DNA of 64,000 bases from Geosiphon pyriformis uo1. Its lineage: Eukaryota > Fungi > Glomeromycota. The notes beneath the pieces were generated by a model, which searched no databases, was not told where the DNA came from, and saw only the letters and a program-made list of their open reading frames with translations. The translations under genes and the position numbers were made by a program. Each line of letters starts with the position of its first letter. The stretch's first letter is position 1. The stretch is from positions 686,043 through 750,042 of the forward strand of contig JAAOMT010000570.1 of NCBI GenBank assembly GCA_016748015.1. Direction: 5' to 3'. Of this stretch, positions 12,650 through 22,599 are shown in pieces.

Positions 12650-14156
12650 TTAATTCTCATCTTCATCTTCATCGCCATCTCCGAATAAATCAGCATCATC
12701 CAAATCATCCCCGCCGCCGCCATCTTCATGGTACTCTAGTCCTTCAGAATCTTCATTTTCTCTGTCGATTGACGTGGTGGTAGGTGCCTCAGGTGCAATC
12801 GCATCATTTACGTTGTGGTTTTCAACTTTATATTGTGTCTTTAGGTGATAACAATTATTGTAAGAGCCACGTTTATCCAGTATTGCAATTTCTGTGAGCA
12901 CCTCTTTAAGATAAGACTAAAAATACCCAAGAAATCATTAAGGGTGAGTAAAATTCAAAAACCATTTTGTAGAAGCTGGTTCCAATTGACAGGAGATGAA
13001 TAGCGTAGTAGCAGTAGCAGTAGTAGTTGTAGTTGTAGTACCTCTGGTTGCTTCACATAATCTTTGAGACCTTTTAATGTCCAATACGCATATTGCTCAA
13101 AAGCCTGAAACAGTAAATCGAGAAGATCGTCTTTTGGCATACGTGTTGTTTTTTGTTCCATTGAAACTTTTGCTTTTTTCGCCTATTTTTTTTTTAACAA
13201 AGTATTATTTTGTGGGGAACGACTTAATTTCAAGAATTAGGATCGAACTTCCAAAAAACTTCTTATTACCAGTAGTTCCCCGAATTTTTTACCAGGTGGT
13301 ACATAGCCTTGACGATTTTGAGCATCATCAATCATTTTAATATGTCGTTTAGGTTGCCCCGCCTGTATTGTCCTCTCGCGTAACTTTCTACTGTAATCTG
13401 TACCCTGAATTGGTGTAACAAAACATTGGTGATGAATTGTAGCCTGCATAGAAACCGCTGGGAAATACACAGAGTAAAATTAAATAACTATTTCTTGTGG
13501 AGCAACCAAGCTTCGAGTACAAAATAACACGTACCTCCGTTTTCTTTATCGCTGTCTTTTTTTTCATAAAAGCAGTATGAGTCTTTAACATCTGGATTGG
13601 TTATGGTCAAATCATATTCTTTAGGAATGTCCGCATGGGCATCGGTATCGGATAAAAGCAATTTAATCTAAAATCGAATAATATTGTTACAAAAAGGAAA
13701 AGCGGGAAATTCGAAACAGAGTAGGCGTCAGAAAATAGGAAATTTAATACTTTGCCAGGTGTTGAACTACTGTTAATTCCAACAAGAAAAGTCAGTTTTA
13801 CACGTGAATCTTTTAAACGAAATAGAGACCTAGGTTTTCTGAATGTTACTCTGGTTCATATATTCGCACAAATCCCAAGTCTTTGTCTTCTTGTTCTTGG
13901 TCAAGCCACCTTTCTGAGAGGAACTTTGGAAGCTGGAAAGAGAATTGTGTTTGAACAAGTGATTCAAAAGAGGGCTTTGAATAATCCAAAGAAATAACTG
14001 AATTTTTGAAACCTTGACTAGCCAAGCCTTGGTTACGATGTTTTTGAGCTCAAGATCGTCAGCTTCTTCGTCGTCCTCCTCGTATTCAAAATCAGAAGTA
14101 AGTTCATGTGGTTCTTGTTTAGGAGAAACAAGCCCTTCTTCCTTTATATATTCCAT
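12650..14156 (-). CDS. TFG2: Transcription initiation factor IIF beta subunit (RAP30/Tfg2), 7 exons, 324 aa
   Basis: Exons 14156-14013, 13932-13850, 13769-13751, 13667-13535, 13457-13270, 13182-13042, 12916-12650. All introns are GT-AG (77-125 bp) and the spliced total of 975 nt is in frame. Motifs WLVKLPKFL, IPKEYDL, HHQCFVTP, the winged helix RMPKDDLLDLLFQAFEQYAYWTLKGLKDYVKQPESYLKEVL, and an acidic tail. Confidence 0.95.
13005..13040. repeat. (GTA/GCA/GTT) microsatellite in TFG2 intron 6
   Basis: GTAGTAGCAGTAGCAGTAGTAGTTGTAGTTGTAGTA; explains the spurious poly-Leu in ORF 12955..13161. Confidence 0.8.
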
Positions 14157-14289
14157 GGTTGAAGAAGTCGAAGGATTAAAGATTACGAAAATGAATTTTA
14201 AGTAGAGTGATTATTTATACGCCTCAGAAAGATTTCAGGGGTTCAAAACTGCTTAGCGCCACAGATTTGTCTTACCCCCATTTTTTCTT

Positions 14290-14985
14290 TAAGTGCCAAA
14301 TTAATTAAAAGCGAAGGCACCAAAAATCAGTCCAAAAAATTTTTTTTTTGTCTGAGCAGTGTCTGCATTAGCCCAATCTAAACGAGAAAGCAAAGGATCC
14401 GATAATTTTTCGGTTTCGTGGATAGAGGTAGTAGCTAGAAGAATAAATTTCGATAAATCTACTTCTCCATTAAATAGTTTATCTTTTGCCGACTATCAAA
14501 TACTGGTAACAAAGATTCTTCTAAGGCTTGGTTCTGGCCCAATTTTTTCAATATTTTTAAAACAAATAATTGGGAATTCCCCAGCTTTAATAAATTCTTT
14601 ATTTTTGGAATCATTATAAATCTCTTTAATTTTTTTCAATAAACTTTGGGTTTTCGTATTAAATTAATTTGATCTTTTACCTCGACTAATTCTTGATTAT
14701 GCTCTTCCCCCATTAATAAATTAACCCGAGAAAAGTCTTTGATTTTTGGATTCTTTTCTCGAGTTCTTTGGTCATCTAATTCTTTTAAATCAACAGCATC
14801 TTTTAAGTTGTGGCCAATTTTTCTTTTGTAACTACAGCAGCAAAAAAATTAATGTAGGCTAAGTCTATTTCTTCATTGAAATAATGATCAATAAATCTTT
14901 CTTCATTTTTAATATTTTTATTAATTACTTGTTCTAATTCATTCAGAAAAATAATAGGATTTTTGCATCCAGTCTCAATTAACAT
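14290..14985 (-). pseudogene. Frameshifted, intronless fragments of two Lon-like AAA+ ATPase genes, probably of bacterial (endobacterial) origin
   Basis: Segment 1: TGCKNPIIFLNELEQV...RFIDHYFNEEIDLAYINFFAAV (cf. Lon NPVILLDEIDK...FxDHYLxxxxDLSxVxFIATAN). Segment 2: FPIICFKNIEKI...ESLLPVFDSRQ...FNGEVDLSKFILLATTS..KLSDPLLSRLD (sensor-1/Arg-finger region). Confidence 0.7.
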
Positions 14986-15562
14986 CTTATCAAATATCAC
15001 AATTTAACAAAAACTTCAACAATGTTTCAATAAAATAAACAATTAATACTCTTTTATTTATAAATATTTTCACATTAAAAAAACACTTAAAACCCAAATT
15101 TGAAGCAACAAATCTTATTTTAAAAGTTATATATACAATAAATTCAAGACAACAACTAAACCAACAAATACTTATTACAAATTAAAGCAGCTTTAAGATT
15201 CTATAACTTATTTAATACTAGTAAAAATAATTTACAAAATCTGATATTACAATCATTGAAAATTCAATATATTAAAAAGCTTACAAAAATAAAATTTTAA
15301 TAATTTCAAACCAAATTACTTCAATAATTTTATTTTTAATTAATATATATATTATTAATTTACATTTTATTATTTATTATTTAACCAAATTATTAATTAT
15401 TATTTAATTAAAAAAACTTTTTTTTCTTTTACATCCACAAATTCTTAAAAAGCACTTTTCTGAAAAAGAAGTTTTTTTTTTATTTTTTTTTGTTAGTATC
15501 TCACAATTTCTCTTTCTAATAATCCCTTTTTTGTGAACTTGAAGGCTGCTTCTAGTGACAAC

Positions 15563-17413
15563 ATGTCTAAAAAAAAGGCACCAAAGGGTGTTTTTCATGG
15601 TCCTGCAAATGGCTTCTTTTTACAGAAAAAGAAAGTTGTGCTTGAGAATATTAAACACTTGGGTAATGAAAAAAATATCTCTTTAAACAAGTCTGAGTTT
15701 GGTGACAATGTGTTTTCTGGTGTGAATAGTCTGTTTGGTGATAAAAAAGGTGCTAATATAACTGGTATTAATGTTGGGTCTCTTTTAAATTCAGCTGTTA
15801 ATACTTTTAAAACAAAGCATGTTAATACTGGTGCTGTTTTTGGTTCTTCACTTAGTTCTTCCAACTTTGATATAGATGATAATGAAAAAGTCTTTCTTTC
15901 TTTTTACCTCTCAATCTCTCTGAATAAAAAGTGGGTTGACCCCAAAATTGTCAAGACTCAGGTAGAGGTCTTAATTAAGAAGTCATTTGCTTTGAACATT
16001 AATCTCTCAGCTGTGGAAAGAAAATCAGTAATGGCAAAAACTCAACTCATCAAAAATTTTTTTTCAACAGTCAATGGTTTTAGGGGAGCCACTACTCCCT
16101 TAAAGTTTGAAGAGATTATTAGATCTATGTTTATTTCAGAGGAAAGCATAAAAAAAGCCACTTTATTGGCCAGAAAGAAAGAGATTATCATAAATAGTGA
16201 TCTTAAAAAACAAGGAATCCATTCAGATTAGGCTGTGGTAATTAAAAAAATTCTCATGAACATGCCTAAAGACATGATCATTACTGTAGTATCCAAATTT
16301 AAGAAAATTAAGTTAATCAAAATTCAATTAGTTAGAATGTGGCAAAAGACTGTAGTGAAGTTTGCTGATTTAAATTAAGCTAATCTGTTGGTCTCAAAAT
16401 GGTCATTCTTGATTGGAAAAAATTCTGTGTGCATAATCAAAGCTGTAGGAAATTGTAAGATTTGGGCATCTAGGGATCAGTTCAAGATACTGTTGTTTAT
16501 TTTGTCTGTAAGTATAACAGCACATGATTTTGAAACTCTTTTAGAAGAGGCTGGTGAAAAAACTTGCATTATAAACAGATCTATAGAAACTGGTAATAAG
16601 ATTCACTATGCTGTGATTGGTTTTGACTCCAATAATAATCTGAAATCTGCTTTTCGCACAAAGCCAATTTTTGGTGGTATTAAACTTTCTTGGGCAAGGA
16701 TGGATCTGGTTTGGTGTAAGAAATATGGGAGGTTTAGTTATTCTACTTTGGAATATGATGCATCAGTTGCATTTATTTTTAGGCTTTTAAAAACATTTAA
16801 AAGAGTTGTATCTGATAAATGTTGTCTTCAGTTGGCAAAGTTGTATAAGAAGAAGAGTGTTCCAATATCTTGCTCTGCTGCCTTTAGTGGCAAATCTTGG
16901 GCCCAGATGATCTCACTTATTGGTTTTTTTGATGGTTTTCGATTTACTCTTGGTTTTGGTTTCTTTTTCTCTAGTGCCTCAGATTTGAATAGTGGTTTTT
17001 CTCCTGTTTTGGCTGACAACTCATCTTTAGATGCTCAGTTGGCATCTTTGAAATGATCCTTAGAGCTATTAACTGACCAAGTTTTTGACATTGTACATAA
17101 GCTTAGCAACATAAAATTGGTGTCACAAGTTTCATCTCTCTCCTCTAAAGCCTTGGCTTCTTTGATTGCCACCAAAAAGAATTTAACTTTGGATATAATT
17201 GTGAACAGTCCTGAGTTGGTACTTTTACCCATCTCTTCTGCTTCTTTTAAAGTTTCAACTTTGGGTCTGAGTAGTTCAAAAGTCTTAACGACCAAGATTA
17301 GCAGTTTGAAATCTAAGTTGGTGGTTTTTAAGGCCTCTGTTGGTTCAGTTTTGGCAAAGTTAGATCATTTATGTGCTGGTTTGGGTCTTTTGTTATCCTT
17401 TTCATCTCAATGA
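15563..17413 (+). pseudogene. LINE ORF1 (RRM-like domains + CCHC knuckle relic)
   Basis: One frame broken by transition-derived stops at 16231, ~16378 and 17056. Homologous to ORF1 at 38373-39761, which keeps CTNCKQFGHVSNMC. Confidence 0.8.
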
Positions 17414-20400
17414 ATGGTTTGATCTAGAAAATAGCTACATGTAATGTTCAAGACATTAATGTTTCTGCCAAGCAGAAAGATGTTGTTTGTTGGTATAAGG
17501 ATATGAGCAACTTGATTTTGATCATTACTAAGACTAAATTGAAGGGTAAAGTTTGTTTGTGGATTGCTGGCAAGTTTGAAGATATCTGTGTGTTTACTTT
17601 TGGTTTGAATTCTGAATATTTGGATGCCAGTATTGTGGTTGTCATAGACTCTTCTTTGGCAAAACATGTGTACAAGGTTTCTGAAGTGCCTGGTTAGCTT
17701 CTATTTATTAGATTGCTTTTCAAAAATAAACTTTCTGTGTTAGTCTTAGGACTGTATACTGGTGCCTTATCTGTGGTTCAGTTTTTGCAAACTAGAGAAG
17801 TCAACTCTCTTATTACAAAGACTGTTAACGAATCTTTTTTTATCATTTTTGGTGGTAACTTCAATGAAAACAGTTTGCAAAAAAGTGCTAGTTTTAAAAA
17901 ATGTATTAGTTTGGGGCTGGCCAATTCTTTGATGAATAGTTTGGTCATGAAAAGTTCTACATAGAAGAATTCAAGGAGTATGGAAAAAACAATTGATTAT
18001 GTATTGGTTTCATCAAATTTAGTCAGTGCAATAGTAGATTACAATGTCATGAACATTAGTAATTACTTTAATACTGATCATTAAGCTGTTTCTGTGTTAA
18101 TAGATCTGAGCAGTTTGTTAAACACTCAGTTGAACTTTCTTCACAAATAGGCAAATAAAGATTGCTGAAAGTTTGATTTTAAGGGTGCTGATACTGCAAA
18201 ATAGGACAAGTTTAAAGATGCTATGGCAGCCAATGTTACCATGTTCTCTGATAATTTTTTTATCTCTGTGCAATTCTCGAATTTGGATACAATATAAGAT
18301 GCAGTTTGTAAGATTATAACACTATTAGTTAATGAAATATTTAAGAAGAATTGGTTTAAGGGTTTTGATAGTATTTTTACCAAAGAATCTTCTAGATTTC
18401 ATAAGCTGAAGCTTTTGGTCTTGAAAATTGCTAAAGCTTTTTGTGAAAAGAATGTTAATAGGTTTGCTTTCTTTATGGAATGCTGGGATTTTTTGGACAA
18501 TATTAGGGCTTTGATTGTACAGAATATGATGCTCTCTGGTGCAAATTTTGTTCATGTATGTTCGGCTCTTTTTAGTGCACAAAAGTCATATTATGCTTCC
18601 AAGCTTGCTAAGTCTTTGTGAGCTAAGAAGTCAAGTATAAGATTGGCTATTGATAGATAGATGGAGAGTTTTGCAGTCAATAAAAGTCACACAATCAGAA
18701 GTGTGCTAGAGCATCCTTTTTGTAAGGTGGTTTTAGACTATTTAATAGTTGAGAATGAACTGATTCTGAAACTTGACCTAGTTAAAGCCAAGGTTAACAT
18801 TATTATGGAAGGCTGAACCAGAAAGCATAATGTGGTAAAAGATTTTTTCAATGATTGGTCTTGTCAATATTGGCCTTTGGAATATATTTTTAATGATGCT
18901 TTTTCAAATGTGATGTGTTTAATTAGTATTAATAAGTTACTTGGAGTGGTTTCTAATCTGCTTGATGGCAAAGCTATTGGTTTGTTTGGGGTGTCAAATA
19001 AGCTATAAAAGCATTGCAACAGATCAGTTTTGGATATGCTTTTGGTGCTTTTGAACTTTTGTTTGTCTTATGAGTCAGTATCTAGTACTTGAAAAGAAGC
19101 TTGGATCTCAATGATTTCAAAACCATATAAGTGAAAGGGAGTTTTTATGAACACTTGACCTATTGCTTTGATTAAGACTGCCTGTAAAATTCTTTCCAAA
19201 ATTTTCTTGAACAGAATTTTTTTGGCATGCAGCACTTTTGATGTCTTACATGAAAACAATTTCTTGGTTCTAAAGGGTATAATAATGCAATCTCCCATTT
19301 TTGCTATTGGTTTGATTATTGAGGATGTTTTGGAAAAGAACCATGAACTCTGGCTGGTCTTGCAAGACATGTGAAAAACTTATGACTCTGTTAGATAGGA
19401 GCATCTTAGAAACAGTTTGGTTAGAATAAAAATGTGTGACAAGTTCATTAGATTTTTTGGTAACATTCACAATAGTCGTGTTAATAGAATAATAACAGAT
19501 TTTGGTTTGACGAGTAAATATCAGGTACATGATGGTTTGGATTAGGAGAAGATGTTCTCACCATTTCTTTGGTGCATATTTTATGATTCTTTTTTGTGTG
19601 AAGTCAAGAGACAAAAAAGTATATATGAATATAGGCTGAATTCTTATTATGTTACTAAGACTGGTTATTTAAAAGCTTAAGCTGAGTTGACATCTTTTTT
19701 TGCTGCTGGTGCTTTTGTTGATGACACAATCTGGATTGGTAGCAGCCAAATTGCAACTTAACACATTCTTAATGTTGTTAGTGAATTTTTTCAGATCAAT
19801 AACATTTTTATTAATAATGACAAAACTGTGGCAATTCTCATTAATTGCAGAGTTGTATGTTCTAATTTGTCTATTAGTGGTTTGTCTATATCCATTGTCA
19901 AGAAAGGAGAGTCTCATTACTACCTAGGAATTTTTTGTCAACTGAGGATTTATCAAAGTCTAGTTTGGCTAAAGCTAATTCTGATGTCAGATTTTTTACC
20001 AATTTGGTTCTAAGGAAGACCATTTTTGATAAACAGTTTTCATATTTGGTATTGGCAGTTCTCCACCCCATTGTCAATTACAGAACACAGTTCAGTTTTG
20101 TTTCTATCAGTGTGTGTAATAAGTGGAATTTTTTAATTTGCAAGTGCTTAAAACTAAAGTTCAGTCTGTTTCTTGATTTTTCTAATAATGCACTTTGTTA
20201 TCTTTTATTGTATGATTTAAAAACTTTTAAGCAAGTTCAAACTGAAAGCAAAATTGCTTCCATTGTATGCTTTGTGAACTCTGTTGGGATTTTGGGTCAG
20301 TTGTTTTTGCACAGGTTTTATGATTTACAAGTTCTGTTTTGGAGTCCACTTTACTTTTTGGTCTTTCCAGCTTATATTAAAGTCAATGCTTTTGATAATT

Positions 20401-22095
20401 TTTTGGCAGATGTGGTTCATATTTTTCATGGGTGCAGTCTGTTTCTAGGTGGTCATGTAAACAACTTTTTCCATTTTTGTGGTGGAACTTCTATGTTATC
20501 TGTTCTTGGCAGAACTGACTATTTTAAGTTTCTTTCATCTCTTTGATGATACAGTATTGCTTTTGTTAAACAGCTTTGCAATAAAAATGGAGCAGTTTTT
20601 GATTAGAAGACATTCAGGCATTGGAAAAAGCTGGACCCATGTGGCCCTATTCCTGATTGGTTTAGGCTTTCTGTTGACTTTCTCAATAGTATAGCTTCTT
20701 TTCCTGCCTGTTTTTCTTCAATGGGAATTATTGAACCTTTGGACATTCTGGAATCTAATGAGTTTGGTTTGATTTATGATCAGTTGCTGAGTCTTGAGAT
20801 TAACAGCCTTTCTGTCTATATGGATGAATCTCTGAAAGACTTGGGGAGCATTAACATGAAAGCTGGTGCTGTGGTTTTTTTTAAGGATATAAGCTTGGGT
20901 TTGAGAGTCAGAGTTTTTGGTCTGATGTCTTCTACTTTGGCTAAATTGCAGGTCATCACATTGGTTTTTGAGTGTGTTCCTCCTCTTAGTTCAATTAGTG
21001 TCTTTATGGACAGTTAGGCTGTCTTGGATACATACAAATCAGAGTTAGATCTAGTTCATCCAGATTTTTGGAATTGCTGTTGGGTCAAGCATTAGCACAT
21101 TGTAAACATTATTAGGAAAAAGGATTTAAATATTAACTGGCACAAAGTAAAAGATTATTCAGGTGTTATAGATAATAAATGTGTTAATACACTTACTGAT
21201 ATGGCTTTTTTTTTATTCTGGTGTCTTCTTTCTTGTGTGGAAGAATGTTATATTTTAGCTGAAGGTAATATTATTTTTGGTAATTTTAGACACTTTGTTT
21301 ATGAGATCTTTTGGTCTATTCATCATGCATACTGGGAGGTTAGTTCAGATTCCAGGGTTTTGGATAATAGTCTGTGCTTGGATGTTAATTGGCTTAGCTC
21401 ATTATTGGTGTAGCATCCAAACTTGCACATGACTGCTGGCTTTACTAGTAAATCTATGGCTTGTACTTACACATATTTTATGAAAGCTTTATACCATCAA
21501 CTGCCAATTGCTGTTCAGAAGTGCCTGTATGACAAATGTTACCCCAGTGTGTTGTGTTTATATTGTGATGAGATAGAGATTTCTGATCATACTTTTTCTT
21601 GTGTGGTTAATAATTCTGTTTGTTATTGCTTGTTAGATGCTTATGTTACTGCTTGAGATGCACTCTCTGGTCTCCATCTCTTCTTTAAGTGTTTTTCAAT
21701 TACTGTCTTTCTGTATTTCAAATGTTGCAATTTAAACAGCTTTTTGTAAAGGCTTTGTTTTTAAAGAGTGGATTTGGAAAGCTACATTTGTCTTCAGTGG
21801 TTCCAAGATAACTGGTCAGAAGATTATGGAATTTGTGTGTAACTTATGTCTTGCTTTTAGGAATAAGGTTTGGTTGGTTTGTGCTAAGTATCATGCCTAT
21901 ATGGAAAAGAATGAGATGATATTGCATAATGGTTCAGCTCTGGTTTTAGTTTCTGGGCTGTTTGTAGTGCTTTCTATAAGTGTAGTTAAATTGCTGAGTA
22001 TTGTTGAGACTATTGGTATTGGTTTTGGGTTTCATAGGTCTTATTTGTTTTTCTCAAGCATTAAAGACTCAGTCTCTGTACATATAGGTGCCTAA
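17410..22095 (+). pseudogene. LINE ORF2: AP endonuclease, reverse transcriptase, RNase H, C-terminal zinc finger
   Basis: KIATCNVQ and GGNFN (EN), AFVDDTIW at ~19711 (RT), SVYMDESL...HKVKDYSG (RNase H), CLYCDEIEISDHTFSC. Confidence 0.9.
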
Positions 22096-22599
22096 AGTGG
22101 TCCTGATTGGCTCAAGTGGCTGGTCGCATGTAGAAAATGCATAATTCATGCCTAATTTAGATCAGTTATTTGATGTATTATATTAGGTAGTGTTTGGACC
22201 TCACTCGTAAAATATATATAAAAAATTTAATTAATAATTTAATTTGTATAATACATATGTATAATTATGCAATATTTCAAATTTTATAATATTAAAAAAA
22301 TCTTAATTTAATAAAATACTTATTAATTTATAAGATATACAGTTAATTTTTAAAATATCAACAAAAAAATATGCTAAAACTCAAAATAATACTATAATTA
22401 AATATATAAAAAAAAGTTTTTCTTTTTAAATAAATATATTTTTAAATTAATATAATTTTTTTTAATTTTTTTAATTTTTTAATAGTACATTCCAATTACT
22501 ATCTAATACAAAAAAACAAATTAAAAGTTTTTAATTAAATATAATTTATGTATTTTCTATATATAACTAGTTATTTGAACCAATTAAGACTATATTATA

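Larger units (their letters stand above)
15420..22225 (+). mobile_element. Near full-length non-LTR retrotransposon (APE-type LINE with RNase H), inactivated by stops
   Basis: T-rich 5' UTR, ORF1, ORF2 with EN-RT-RNase H-CCHC, and a 3' UTR ending in an A/TA tail at ~22209-22225. Confidence 0.92.

Noticed and set aside
12955-13041. Poly-Leu hydrophobic tail of ORF 12955..13161
   Set aside because: Read-through into the intron 6 microsatellite; the real frame splices at 13042 to 12916.
14359-14619. Plus-strand 86-aa ORF as a gene divergent from TFG2
   Set aside because: Shadow of the minus-strand AAA relic, with no recognisable motifs.
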